From positions 23,378,848 to 23,442,847 of the forward strand of contig CM120643.1 of the NCBI GenBank assembly GCA_051362555.1: DNA of 64,000 nt, given 5' to 3'. The position numbers were made by a program, and so were the translations under genes. Positions within the stretch are counted from its first letter, which is position 1. Each line of letters begins with the position of its first letter. The notes beneath the pieces were generated by a model. That model saw only the letters and a program-made list of their open reading frames with translations. It searched no databases and had not been told where the DNA came from. This stretch comes from Lingula anatina. Lineage: Eukaryota > Animalia > Brachiopoda. Below are positions 11,353-26,300 of the stretch, one piece after another.

Positions 11353-14300
11353 CAGTAGCATCCCTTTCTTTATCTTTTGGGTTTAAGTTTTCTATTATAT
11401 TTTATTTAATTTTGTTTTGTTAATTAGCAGGCACTTAGAGATGAAGTTACTATATTTGAGTGAAATGGACAGACAACTAATTAGTCTATTTTTGTAAACA
11501 CAACTGTGTAATGCAAGGATAATATACATATTAGCAGTGACCAAGTATGAGTGTTGTGCGTACGTGGGTATGTGTGCGTGTATGAAAGGAACATATATAT
11601 ATACTCTATTTGTGTTTATTTATTTACTTATTATTTTTTTTTTCCATAATAAAAAAAAAATAAAAATAACAAAAAAAAAAAAAAAAAAAAAAGACACTTG
11701 GTCGTTTTTGATTTGCCGAATCTGTTTTCTTGCAGTCGTTATATTGAAATAAATGGGAGTCATTAGAAACCCCGAAATACTTAGGCTAAATTCGACAAAG
11801 GATTTTATTTAAAGACTTGTGTATTTTTAATAGCTTTTCAAGTAAATTAACACACCGGGTTACATAGTCGACCTTATTAAACAGTTCTAGAAACATTATT
11901 TATAGCAATTGTACACTTAGCCACTGTGAAATAGAGAGGTAATGTATCACATTTGATGGAGCCAGGACTTTAATTGTTTATGCCATAAACAAAGATGGAA
12001 CGAGCTGTCTATTTTCATAAGACATGAAATTGATTATGAGAGTTTTAAAGTCTCTCTGAAAAATCGTCTTTTTCCGATTAATGTTTTTAACATTTTAATG
12101 TCTGTATTTTATATCTAAATTGCAAAGTGCATTGAAATGTATGGAAACGGAATATGTTATACAAGGAACAAATAGCATTATTATTATTATTATACTAAAT
12201 ATCAGCGTTGACTCTCATTCCATTATTTCATTAGCTTTCTTTCGCACGGTTTTCTGCTCCATGCCGTGAAGTAGCATTTACTGTGGCCGGGATTTGCGGC
12301 GGCTAAGACATTGAATACAGATCCTCACCACGGGGTCGTATAGGCATATACGAGTAAGCCGGAGACTTTTTTTTCCCAAATTTATTGCAATTTAAGCGAA
12401 AACAGCGTTCGAACGTGATTTGTGTCAATTATGATATATGCAGCTGTGTGTCTACTATGCTTTTATTGCCACATTAGACTAATTCGATTGCTTTCGCGAG
12501 GTGATTTTAAACAAACCAGACTTATATTGCACGAAATGATCGTAAGATAATTTTTTTCTGTGGGTAATACACCTACTTTCCTTTCTATCAATAGAGCTTT
12601 CTTTTGGTTCCACATATTCCACAGATATTTCCGTTTCCAAATCCATATTGTTAGCAACACATTTATATTAAAATACATGGTAATACCACCACTCTGAAGG
12701 TAGGTTACCACCAAATAACGTATAGATTCAGCCTCCCCCCATCTCGTTGCACGGCACTCTCCCTCTGTCCTGTCTAAAGGCTAACACTATAGTTTCAGCC
12801 TCCGGGGCATCACAACTGAAGATAAAAGCAATACCCTGCTGCTCAGTGCACAGCAGTACTACACAATGTCCCAAATCTCATCAATGTCAAAAACATTTTC
12901 ACAACGGGAGGCCTAGGAGCAAATAACCAAGGTACACTACTTAGTAGTACTCGTTTGGAACGGAAATAATGATAGGCATGCGGATATTATTGTGGTTTGA
13001 TCGACTTGGACGTCTGCTGTACGCTACATTTAGACACCTGTGCGATTAGCCATGTGGTTTATATTTGTCTTGGGTTATGTCATAACAAGATGCAAATGCC
13101 TCTGTCTAGAGTGCTTCAGACTAGTCACTTACAGATTGCCGTTTCTTTTACTGGATCTTCTCATTACCATTTCATGGAATAACATTCCTATATTTAAACA
13201 CAATGCAATATGTAGAAAGGAAGGGGTCGGCTATAAAAGTACGTGCCATTTAACCTGATCCAATGTAAACGTAATGAAACGTACGTTGTGCATTTGACAT
13301 GCAAAAGAAGGCGTGTGAGGATTTACAAATAGTTCTCCGTTTTATTTCCGCTGTGGATAAGCCCTTTTTGAATTGCAAACAAATAAATGCGTGGTTGAAG
13401 CTCTAATTGTTATTCCCAAAAGCGGCATTTGAAACAAAACAGGCGCCCGGTTTAATGAATAACATTCCTTTATTGTAAACAAATTATAAAGCACAATTCC
13501 TGTGGGTAGTTAATTAACCTAAAAAGAGAAGCAGGCTATAAGGCGCTTATCTGGTAATGTTGCAATACCTGTATGTCCACATTCAGTTAGTTTCGATAAA
13601 ACCAATATTCATACATTCATTTTACTTTTACATTTGTCTCTTCAATGGAGCAACCCCCATCAAGGAAATAATCTAAAGTTTGGTAAATGGCACAGAGAAA
13701 AAGCTGAAAATGTTCGGTGGATTACCACATGATTATCCTAAGTATGCCTTTATACAGTCGGGATTTCAAGCACAGTAATTTTGCATCCTGAAACATTAAA
13801 TGGAATGAGAATGGTGAACTGTATTTAGATATTCACTTTCAATATACACTCGCAAACTAAAGCTTTTAATGTGTAACCCCGTGACAACTTTTCATTTAAA
13901 GTGTAATAATGTATGTGGCGCTTTAAACAAAAAACCAAGGTTTTGTTAAAAGAAGAAATCCCTTTTGTTTTTCTGTTCATGTGTCTGTGTTAAGGACACA
14001 TTATAGAATAATTTTGCCATCAACAGCTCATTTATAATCCATGCAACTGGGACATTTTCCACTTATATTTAACTACATCTTCCCCGAAAATCCATAATTG
14101 CATCACCTAGATTTCTTTTTTGGTCCTCATGTACGTGCATGTACGCAAAAAAGCCCCGAAATTAATTAAGGACCTCACTGCATTACCGTAAATGATCCTG
14201 AAAAAGTCAACCATTAAGAGGCTATCATATATTTATTTACGATTGATGTTAGTTGATGCAAATTCCTGCATGAAATCAAATGCATTTGAAAAAGAATAAC

Positions 14301-16100
14301 CACAATGACCAGGGTATAGCGCAACCATAATCGTTCTATTTACAGTGTATGCGAAAATTTAAACTCTTAACCGCGGTTTTTTTTTGACGTTTGGTTAGAT
14401 AAAATTAACGTAATATTCTCCCTTTGATAAGCATGGAGCCAAATCTTAACCTAGATGGTTCAACACAAAGCAGAACCTCAAATTAAAGCAGAAGCTTGGT
14501 AGCATGATGTTAAGTTACTTTCTATGCAAATGGGAATTCGTTTCATCTCATGCCGATTCACGTCAAGGTTAATCAAACTAAATAGAGGGTTTTTTTTCAC
14601 CTAGCGCGAGCAACAGCTTAAATTGACTGTGCTTTACTGGAACGTTAAAGTACATATAGCGTAATCTTCTTTCTGTCCAGGCATTATTTGTACATGTTTG
14701 TATGAACTTCCCGCCCTTTTATAAACACGGTAAGGAAAACAACCAGCATCTTGGGTTGGTTTTTGGGTTATTGCCAGAAAACAAGTTTGATTTCTTTTTC
14801 AAGGATAATTTGCTTAATTGGCAACATACGGTCTACATGATATGTTTGCAGTAACCATCTGCAAATAAGTACATTTAAACGAAGATTTAACCTTTAAGTG
14901 AACATTTTAAGACCTATGCATTAAACTACCCAATGTGACACAATAATTGTGGACATGCAGTTTCTGCTCGATTTAGAGAACGCGAGATAATATCATTTTA
15001 GAATAGAACCACAATGTATAAAGACATGCAGAACACGTGATGCAGCTATCACTGTGATTAAAAGATTGCATGCATACACTGTCTTTTATTCTTCCATCGA
15101 GATTCCTAGTTCCGAGTCCCGGTGTCTGTTTGAGAGAAAAAGATCCCAGGAGCCTTGGATTGGATTGGCTCGGTGAATTCTACGGTCGGCGACGGCAAGT
15201 GGGATATGGTGCACAACAACGAGGTCCTCGTGCCAAAACTCCCACTTCCCTTTTTATTATTTTTTATAAGAACCAGTTTCGAGTTGCTTTTTAAGAACCG
15301 GCTTCTCTGAAACGAACTAGGAACAAACGTCTTTCAGTTCTTGGTAAGTCCATATCCACCATAAAAGATAAAGATTCATAATCTGGAAAACACGCTTGCG
15401 CATTCATGCTATCCATTATAGAGAGAGGAAATATTAAAAACACGACATTGTACATGTAGAGACAAAGGTTTTTTTTTTTTCTCTCAAAACATATCGTAAA
15501 ATTTTTAAGTTAAAAATATAACACTCAATGTGATAATTCTTATGTTATTCTAACATTGGCATTGTCCCGTATTCGGCTAGATAACTCGGGAATAAACATT
15601 GCCATGTTATGAGATAATGCTTTCACATCAAAAAATAGGGGGGAATGTGCTTATTCGAACTGATGACGCAACAGCAGCTTTTTTTTTTGGGAGGGGGGTG
15701 AAAAATGTAGTATTGATTTCAATCAGACCCCCATCTACAGCTAATCAGCTATCAACACCGTTTGACTATTATGTAATTACAGCAATAAGTACTACATTCT
15801 GACACTAGGAAACGTTCATGAAAGGCAATTACTTTTGATTTATTCAGTAAAGAGGAAACAATGCCTATATTTTATGGAACATTGTAATAAGGGTCTCCAA
15901 ACCCCTAAACACGCGAGAACCAAACGCTGGCATCGTACATATAGTGCACCCCTTTGTCGTTAACCATGTCAATTTTTCTGATAAATTTATGTCTTATTTC
16001 TGCTGGAAACCGATCACTAACGGGTTTGCAGATCGACGCTTAAACATGTGCACTTTATGAGTGACTTAAACAACAAAAGGGATTTTTCAGGATTAAAGTG

Positions 16101-16110
16101 TTATTATTAA

Positions 16111-16160
<50 letters not shown>
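16101..16160. repeat. (TAT)n microsatellite
   Basis: About 60 bp of near-perfect TTA repeats. Confidence 0.9.
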
Positions 16161-16163
<3 letters not shown>

Positions 16164-19100
16164 TTTAGTACAAATATCAAGATTAATATTCTGTATAGAA
16201 GAAATGGGGGAATGGGCCTTAAAATATATCGAACCCCTTTAATAGCCCTTAATTGAGAGAATGCGCGGTTATTAAAGCGGACTTGCTCGATAACAAAACG
16301 ACAGACCACAGACACACATTCACTGGCGACAACAGACGTTATCAGAAACAAAACATTTCCTAGAAATCAGATACAGCATCTTCAGACAAAGAAAAAGAAA
16401 CAAAAAGTGGTAGAGTAAAAAATGTGAAAGAAGAAATTCTACTAATTGGAAGCTTTCCCTCAAGCCCATGTGGAGAGAAAAGGAAAAATCAGATCGGAGA
16501 GCTATAGAGTTGTTTTTCAATTATTGACTCCAAGACAACAATGGAGGTATAACTTGAGATTCGAATAGAACTAATCTAATAAAAACGTTCAGTTGCGACC
16601 CTTCTTTTCTTACTGAAAATGTGCTTGTGAGATTGATAGCACTTGCTGACGTTATAAGTTCTTACAAATTGAGGAAGCTAGCAAACAGAGAAACGCAAAA
16701 TAAAAGAAAAAAACTGCGTGGAGTAAATTACAAATTGTATACATGCATCTGCATTTTTTTAGATTGCTGAAAGCAACTGTTCTGCCCCTCTACACTAAAT
16801 CCATTTTATGGCTGCAATGTAAATCAAAGAATAATGTTTTAATTAGAAGAGCAGTTGGCGATAAGCATGACCTTTGTTAGAACAATGCAGACAGATTTGA
16901 TTAAACTGTTAAAATACATGCATACTTGTTGATTGTGCGTAGAGATTAATAAAGCGAGCACATTTTAACCTGAGCTTTATGACATATCCTGGTACTAAAA
17001 TGAATTAACAAAGCATGTGCTGGTATAGTAGCACGAAGAGTGACACGTGCCCTTAGGTTTGCGTGACCAGCTGTGTCCGCGGAGACACTACCTAATCACC
17101 CTTGTCCCTGTATGCGCCTGAAATTTGACCGCATCATTTCCACCAACTAAGTTACAAAGTAGATTTGATATTTCACTTAAAATAAACAGACAATAAGACA
17201 TAAGAACCTGATCTTCTTATTTTGCTTGAGATATTGGACCATTTTCCTAGAGCAAACATTGGATTCCATGAGCTTTGGCACGTACTTTGTTGTTTCCCGT
17301 GTGGGAACTGTCACTTAATGTCTAAAGTTTTAGCTAGAAAAGGTACTTTGATTGATGACGGAAAATACTAACTGGCTGACATCTGTGGAGACGTCTCTAC
17401 TTAGTAATATTATTTTTTTAATAAAGTGGACAATGAACAAGCTGGGTACGATTGGGATATTTGTGACCATATTGTTACTTTTGGTGTGGTATCATATTGC
17501 TATTTTCAAGCATTACCTGTTGTATCATTCCCATCACACTGGTATATCTTGCCTACCTACCTTAGAAAATATTTTCTGTGCCTTGGGAATGCAACGTAAA
17601 TTATAAAGAAAGTAAAGCTCGTAGAACAATGAAATATACCGCCGTTCTCAATGCGTTTGTTATGTTATGTCGGGTCTGGCGCAGCGTACACTGTAGAATA
17701 CCAGTTCTTACTGCTTCAAGTTGACGTTCGCGGAAACATCACAATATATTAACATATGCAGCCGCTATGATTGGATGTGACTTAACTTTTACTGGTTCTG
17801 GTTAATCTGGAGAACGGTCTGACGGAAATGCTGTCCTTGAGATACAGATTTAAGAAAACAACTTTGATTCAATTTATTGCCTTTAAATGCTTCCCACGCC
17901 AACATGTTTTGTCGGTTTTATTGCCAAAAAGTACAGTTTTTCATTCAAACATTTGGAAGATGATGAGGTATTTTTGATCGTAGCTTCTGAAACAGTTCCG
18001 ATCTGAACATCAAGTACTCATTATTTTTATAACATATATCACTGATATAAAAAAATGTACATTTGCAATAATTACGACATATGCACTGGTTTCTTGCAAT
18101 GGGGGTGTGGCAGGAATCGTAGTCCTAGGAATGGATTAGGAATGGGTCCAACATGATAAGTATAGGTTAGAGTTATTCACAGTATTGGGGCTAGTGTATG
18201 GTACGAATATTACCTGTACAGAGTATACCTGTACAGAGTATACCTATACAGGGAAGGAACTACGGTTTCTAGCGGACTTCCATTCCTGCCATGGCGGTCA
18301 AATAATACAGCAGACAGAATACCGTAGGTACGTTGGTGTTATAAAGATTGTTCTTTTACGAAACATACTTTCCGGCACGGACTATGTTCAGTTAAGAATA
18401 TCTTTTGCGGAAATACGTTTTATTTGATATCAGGGCTCTGGCGTCAATTCCAAAAATAAAAGAATGAGAATACGAAACAAAACGAAAGTGTAATTGTTAT
18501 TTTATCGCCACGTTGATTGGACATTATCAGAATAATCGCATTCTATCAGAAAACCTTTTCGTGACGTCAGTGCGCTGTCTTCAATTTAAGACAGTTGGTG
18601 TGATTGAATTATAAACCCAGGCACAATAGAAGAAACTAAACCGAAGATTCACACAATACAATGGCACATGTAAAACAGAGGAGGATATTCATAAAATGTT
18701 TATTCCAAATCTCTAAACGGAAACGAAACAGTTTCCCGCGTTTATTTTATAGGTACTTAATAAGTCACCAAAAGACGGATACTTTACTTTAGTGCTTTTA
18801 GGCACGAAAGAAGCAAGTACTCACAAAGAGCGGAAAAGCAATGGTCTGGTTAATATGTCACGTATAACTGGCGTAGGATAAAGGTACTTAGTACATAAAC
18901 CCGCAACAATAACATCATTTACCTCCTCCGGCAAAGGTAAAATATAAACACAACATAACCAAACGTTACAAAGTTAGAAGATAAGGCTACAGAAATCGAT
19001 TAACGAAAGCCATTTTATTTAATGTAGGAAATCAAACGGTAGTTAGCGCATTTCATTTGCCTTTGCTGCACGTATTGTCATAAATCTGTTTGTTAAGAAG

Positions 19101-19498
19101 ATATGGAGATCGGTCCATTATACCTTAACTGCCCTTAAAGTGTTTTAATCATGACAATGCACAATTACACGATTTCTGTGGTGACGTTTTAGAAGTTTAC
19201 GAAAGTTTCATTGTCATTATTATTCTTTGATAATGGAACAATTGCACAGCACCCATTGCACAATAATTGGATTCCAAATACTGACAGTTTTGGATCAGTA
19301 TTGAAATCAAAAGCAGTCGAAATAGAACAAAACATTGCACCTAATCTGTTTAATAGATATCGGAGATATAATAAGAAATAATAATAATGATAATGCTTAG
19401 TTATTATCCATGTCATCAGTCTTTGCCATAATCACAATAAGACATCAAGTTATGTCTATCAGTGTGTTGATTCCGTGTCTGTTTCTCACTTATTTATA

Positions 19499-20390
19499 CA
19501 CTCTTGCCCAAAATGGTTGGTACACGGAAATTTTGGGATGCATATCGCCCTGTTTCTTTCATTATTATTGATATTACCAAATTAATACTGTTTATATTGT
19601 TTAATATGTGAAGCTGGAGGATTGGTTAAGTCAAGGAGAAACAACCAATGCAAATGTGAAAAAAGCGTTAATTTATTTAGGTATTTTTTCTCATGCCCTC
19701 CAAAAAAGTACATTTTTACATAACAGTACCAAGAGAAAAATTAAACATAAATTTATACTGTGATTGACAATTAATATGAAATTAGGGGAAATTGTCAAGA
19801 AACATCTTCAGAGTTCATTATTAATCTCAATAGCGGGTATGCCCACCCCAAGCTTGAATAATGGCCGCCAAACGGCGTGGCATACTGTGAACTAGAGTTA
19901 CAGCTCTTTGGAGAGGAATTCTGGTCCATTCATATTGAAGGGCATCTCGCAGTTCATCTAGATTTGCAGGGGGGAGGGTTTCTCCTTTGAATAGCACGCC
20001 CAAGCTCTGGCATCAGCTGAATGTTGTTTTGTCGGATAAAGTCTGCAATCAAGCGGGCTGTGTGTTGAGTTGCATTGTCATATTGCAATCTAAAATTGTC
20101 TCTGTATATCCCTCTTGCAAATGGCTCCAGGTTCTGCTGGAGGATGTCTCTGTAACTGGCAGTGTTAAGGTTTTTACCCAGAGGAAGCAATGGGCAAATG
20201 CTGTTGCTGCAAATGGCACCCCAAACATGTACTGAACCACCTCCTCCAGCTATGAGAGTGTGTAGGCTCCCTTGGGGGAGGCTGTTAACTGAAAATATCC
20301 AGGAAATAATAGCTGGAGGAGGTGGTTCTGTACATGTTTGGGGTGCCATTTGCAGCAACGGCATTTGCCCATTGGTTCCTCTGGATGAAA
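19499..20390 (-). mobile_element. Decayed Tc1/mariner element: one end plus transposase C-terminus, with a fold-back rearrangement
   Basis: TA followed by a cactcttgcccaaaa terminus at 19499. Minus-strand GGGSVHVWGAI, NLNTASYRDIL, QYDNATQHTAR and, frameshifted, HSMPRRLAAIIQAWGGHTRY with a stop near 19827. The WPxxSPDLNPIE block is deleted. Confidence 0.85.
20178..20384. repeat. 76-bp inverted repeat of Tc1 transposase coding sequence with 55-bp loop
   Basis: 20178-20253 and 20309-20384 are reverse complements with 3 mismatches. Confidence 0.9.
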
Positions 20391-23300
20391 ATAATCCACT
20401 ATTTATATTGATGTTTATATATACTCACCTATGCAACTTTTATCTTTCTTTTTACACATATATTTATGTATCTTTTCTTTCATTTCATTTTTCTTGTGCC
20501 GTTGTTCATCTTACGTGGGACCTTGATACTTTTTACCAACGTCTAAGATACCCCAGTACGTTTGTTTCGATACGAAGGCCACAATAACAACTTTAAATGC
20601 TTGCACGTGCATTCCTTTATTAGAACATACATGACAGTTTATAGTTGGGATTTCATATTCTTTCATTTCTTTTTCTGCATTGAAGTTCATCAAAATTGAT
20701 TCCACGTTTTCTCCACATGGTTTAAAATTTTTTTTTGTTCCTGAATGCTTATTTTTGACCTCGAACATGGTGGGTATTATTTATCATATAAGGTAGTCAC
20801 CGAGGATATATTTATATTTAGGACGTGCATTTACATATTCATGTAAGGTGATTAATCGAACACGTCCTTCTTGTTCGTCGACTTAGATTAAATAAGCAGT
20901 TACCAGAATCACACGGTTTAACATGTGGAACTTCACATAATCAACGTATTTTTGTCTGGTCCGTTAAGTAAATACCTCATTAACGGTCTTTTAATGATGT
21001 GAACAACAGAAAATTGCACAACCATTTGCAAATATTCTGTGCCATAATTACTCAACATGTAGTCGTTTGCCTTTTGGTACATTACTGATACCGAGTTCAG
21101 ATTCACAAATAGATCGTACTAGCTGGCTCGGTCCTAACCTGAACAGCATTCTCGGTAAAGTATAATTAGAGGAATCAGTTTAATTTTCTGACACGCTTCT
21201 TTGGGGGGCTAGGGGGGAGTTAATTAACTTTAATGTGCTGATGAACCTGATTCCACTGATTGGGCTTAACGAGAATCCACCGCATAGTTGGGCCGAACCA
21301 GCTTGTGCGATGTATGGATCTGAATGCGCCTTAAGCCTATAATAAATGTACCATGGTAAAGCAGGCCACTCTATTTTGACAAATGTTTTTTTTTCTATAC
21401 TCTGCTAATGATGAAGGAGACGGTTTTTTTCTGTTTTCGTCTGTTATGTCCCTCAATTATAAACCTCGTTACTGTCTCGTGGCATTAGCACGTGCAGATC
21501 TCCAATTTGCGGTGTCTGCAAGATGCTTCTTTATTCCTTAAATACGCGAATGTCAAATTGCTCCTGTGTACTGCTTCCGATAAATAATTTAATGCTTATT
21601 CTTATAAGATGCCGTTGAAAAAATATATTTTTCATTATGCCAAATCATTTGCATTTTTGTCACCTGTTTAGTTCAACTAAAATCCGTGACACTCAGTGAA
21701 ATACTCCATACTCAGCAACCATTTGTTGTATTCTTTGATCCTTGTACCAACTAACCTATGTGAAATACCTCAACGTTTCCTTTGTCAATATGCTTCAAAA
21801 ATAATCTTTCTCCGTTCTACTTTAATCAAAACATCATTATACCTAATAATTTGCTATTCTGTCATCTACACTGTATCATTATATCCAAGGTTATTTAGAG
21901 TCTTCATCATTTGGTACGATTTAGTTAAGCAAATTCAGCTGACCTCCATGGTAAACATTTATTTCTGAATAAATGATCTCTGAAATGATGACAATCATGT
22001 CAATTAAGATCACATCTACACGTAGGTTGTTATCGGGCGTGACCGTTGCCATTCATGGTCAGTATTATTCGTCTTTATGTAGTCTTTAAAGACTGCCATT
22101 AGTTCGATTTTCGACAACAACATCATTAACTTCATTCTTAAAAGAAGGCAGTTGATATTTAATAATGAACATATTGATCCTTGTCACATGGGTCAACATG
22201 CATACTAGTATTGGCACGCAGGTGCAAACATCATGTTGGAACCACGTGACTACCACGTGAACACCGAATTATAACGTTTTCTCTACTGTGCATATAAAAC
22301 GAATGTGTGCTTTACACGCTCTTAACGTTTATGATGTAATAAAAATCATGGCACTTATATTCTGCACCTTCTGATGCACTGTTGTTACATTTCGAAATCT
22401 TACCAAGTGGATGCATTTGCCACCTGACTCCTCTCTAATAAGTAAAAAATAATTATTCCTCTTGCTGATTTTTAAAATTTGTAACAGTGGTTAGTTCACA
22501 ATTTTCCGTTTTTTTTTTTTTACATAACCGAGAAGAGGGAATTTGTTAATTTCCTTTAGTGTCAGAATAGTAATTCAAGATGACATCATAATCATCAATC
22601 TCAATTACCATCTTTTGAAGAACGGCACTGTGGGACCATCTGCGTAGATATCAATTAATGGTAGCCTTCCCATCAACAATAGAATGTCAACCGACATCAA
22701 ATGAGTCGATTGTTCCAAATGAAAAGAACTAGAATATATTTTTTTATTTATGTGTGCGTTCTTATTCCCTGGCCAGAACTGTCAACTGGGAGATTTTGTT
22801 ACTGGCAATTGCTCATTCATCACTAACAGAAGTAAGTACCGTAGCATACTTTCCTAAATTTTCTTTATGCCGTGAGAGAGGTGAGAAGAGTATGGAACAA
22901 AGGCATGTTCCTGTTCCGAACTGAATAAAGATTATTGTAGAAAAATCAGAAGATGAAAGAAATCGACTGTCGAATATATTTCACGCTACGGCATATGAAA
23001 CAACTCTGGACTAAAACTGTTACCACGGTCTTGTTCACAGAAAATCCGAAGTGCGTTCTAAAAAGTGAATGTTAACTTTTAAACAAATATTAAGTCTATT
23101 TACATTCAGCAAAAAAAAAAGTATTACATTATTATTTTAATAATACTTTAAAAAGTATAGTACGGTAAAAATGTAATTAGAAGAAACTTTAACTCTGTTT
23201 TAGACCAATGGCTACTTTATTCCAATGAAATATGGAAGATTTATTTATATGGGCTAGACGTGACAACACACGTGCTATTCACAGGAAACGTGCAAAATCG

Positions 23301-26300
23301 ACCCGGGACGTACAACTCGTGGAACAGCGAACACATAACCCGGACCATAGAAGAGTACTCAATACCCCGGTAGTTCAATATTTGTTTTCTTTCACTGAAA
23401 CCAAAGCTTCTTCTTCGAAAGTTTGTCACAATGCAAAAAAAAAAAAAAAAGGCAAATTGAAGACCTAACCAGGGCTTTTCAATCTTGGTAATTTTACTAA
23501 GCTAATGCCATGGGGCCTCTCAGGTTATCTGATTGAAATTTTCTTCCGAATTTCTTTTCAAAAGTCAATGTGTTTGGGTATTTGGTGCTTTTAGTTGTCT
23601 TTCACCAAAGTTGGAACTTCAACCACAACGGTTACCAGTAGTGGTGACACAGTAAGTTACATTTAAGTCGTACAGAAATGCACCATCCTCGAATTAAAAG
23701 ACACTGCACCGTGGATGCAAATGAGACTGCAAATAAAATTCTAACTCAGCGCAGTTGACATGTTGGCGCACGTACACGTACATGTATTATGAACATACTC
23801 GTCGTTTCATCGCGGTGCAACTCTTTGCAACACGCAATGGCAGATCGAGGTAGGTCACCGCTCCCCTCCCTCCATCTGCCTATCTTCTCCTCCACTCCCT
23901 CCGACAAAAAAGTTTAACACACATATACAAACGATAGCGAGCAAACTTCCATCATTACTCATTACAGTAAGATTGTCTCCTCGTCTATCTGTTTAAAAAT
24001 TCCCTTGATTTGCTCAATAGAAACATACCCCCCATCTTTAGCAAAAACCTTGATTTTCTTGTGTTATTCAAAAGAAAATACTCTTGATTGTCACCGATTA
24101 GCTAGTCATACAGCGGTGCCTGGATAATCGTATATCTAAGTGCCGTGTCCTTGAAGTGAAAACACGTTTTTTCCGTGCCTGCACACAAGGCTACATCCCG
24201 GCGCATACTGCGATGTCCAAGCTCAGCTACTGGTCTCAGCCAACAACATTGGGCTGCTTTGAGATAACGACCACGACTGAAAAACGTTATAAAACACAAG
24301 TCCTCCGTATAATAAAAATATCATCAAACTAGGTGCACTACATTGTCAACACCCTCACGAGGAAATGCTCAGCGTATTTGGCATAGTGCGTGTTGGCTTT
24401 AATAAAAACGCCTATTATGTAGCACATATATATCCTTGGAATATAATTTGTTTGGCGTGTTTTGATATTGCTTCATGTTTAGTATCAGGCTATCTTACGT
24501 TTCTATTGGTATGAGTAAATTTTAAGGCATGTTGGTTGTTCAGTTTTCAAACATTACGGCCCACTTCATCTTGTTTAAGACAAAATATGAGGTCACATTG
24601 GCAACTGTTTCTATATTTGTCATCCCCCTTGTTGTGATTCATGCCACATCGTGATATCTACCCTTTTCATTAGTATTAGAAGGTTCAAGGTCATATTCTT
24701 CGTGATTCATTAAGCTCATTATTTCGTGTTGCAAAAGGACAGACGGTTTTCGGAATGTTTTGAATCCTGAAATCCTGAAATGCGATTACTGAGTATGTAG
24801 TTCATGGATCAATTATAGCGAGGACGTGTTTGCGAAAAACAAAGGAATATATACAGCTATGCGCAACATTTGTTACAGCACACTGACACTATACTTACCT
24901 GCTTTTCATTGTGAAATGGACTTGCGTATAGCGAAGATGCGTTCACGTAAAGGAAGACCGTATTTTCCTAACATATCAAATGGTCAGAAAGCTTACCGTT
25001 GACAGACATGAAAAATGTTATGGGCTTATAATGCTGAAATTTTCCAGGTCCAAAGACCAAGTCGCAACTGCTGTAAAATATTAAATCCGTCTTCCACAAC
25101 TGTATGCCTATTTATCTTTATTTACTTTGAGGCAGTCTCGAAAGTTTACGCCGTGTCAGCAGACTAAAGGTCTTTGGAATCACGGTACGTGGTTGAGGGG
25201 CTCATACTGATTTACGGGAAACACATCAAAAACGAATAGACAGTGTAGCTGTTGCCTTGTAGATAAAACCAAGGTTGTCACCTAGCTCAGTCGTAGACTA
25301 GACTCTTGAAAAAACACAGCTATTGAACACTAGGATAGGATACAATAATGAAAAATAGAGCTCTTAAGTCGTACAGTTTTTAATGAAAACCAGCCACCCA
25401 AATCTAATTACCACCATGATTTACATGGAACCGGTAGTTTGAGTGTTAATGAATTATCCAGAATGATAAACAAATTTGGGCATGCTTTAATGAATAGCTT
25501 TTTAGGTCTGTACTTGACTTAACTACCCTGAGTGTCAGAGCAACGTAAAAGCTAGCTTGTTAAATATTTACCTTGTGATGGAGTCGCTTTTACTAGCTCT
25601 GACGAACAGCGACAATCTGAGGGCGTTCTTCTTCAAAATTTTGCCTGGGGCACTTCCATAATTGGAAGTCACACATCACAGCTGTGTCCGCCTGGATCCA
25701 TATTTGGAAGTCATAAGTCTCGTACGTCACAGGTTTGGCCGCCTGTAGCTGCCTTTCCCGCCTTGCGCTGAAGTTATCTCGTGCAGACGAGACAAGATGC
25801 CTGACGCGGAGTTAGAAGTTTGAATTGAAAATATCTTGCAGTCGAAGGTCAGTGCCACAATACAAGCAATACAGTGCCACAATACATTCTGCTTTAAAAA
25901 CTGATTTTGGTGTAGCCATTGCGCAGCCCTTATAGTGGTATAGGGCATACAGTGTAGCTGTCAAATTTGGCACACGGCAAGCACGTGTATTGTGCACGTG
26001 TATATCTCAGGACTAAATGTTCTTTGATAAGCAAAAAATACAAAAACATTGGATATATCTTTTCTTTTCGAAGAATATTATTTATTTTTTCACTTTACAT
26101 CTTAAATACAGCAAAAACATTAAATAAAGCAGAATTAAATCTGTTTTACGTTTCATTTTGGTCTGATGACATTCAACTGCAGATTCACTGCGGAACAGTT
26201 CTGTTTGATTGACGGAAGTGTAACATGGCCGCTGTTCGCTAGAGCCGGTATTGCTGATATGCCTTATATATGAAATCAAGATCGAGCTGGCAATACCGGA

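Larger units (their letters stand above)
5187..11690 (+). mobile_element. Full-length non-LTR retrotransposon (L1/Tx1 clade), about 6.5 kb
   Basis: Perfect 15-bp TSD aagacacttggtcgt at 5172-5186 and 11691-11705. Two uninterrupted ORFs. AATAAA at 11648 runs into an A-rich tail at 11651-11690. Confidence 0.95.

Noticed and set aside
18209-18250. 15-bp tandem repeat (tacctgtacagagta, about 3 copies) as a CRISPR-like array
   Set aside because: No spacers and a eukaryotic context, so a simple minisatellite.
23300-23375. tRNA- or SINE-head-like stretch (gggacgtacaactcgtggaacagcg...)
   Set aside because: The A and B boxes are too degenerate, and I see no cloverleaf or TSD.
25280-25312. tagctcagtcgtaga...gactcttgaa resembling the 5' half of tRNA-Lys(CTT)
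   Set aside because: No T arm or B box follows, so at most a short decayed fragment.
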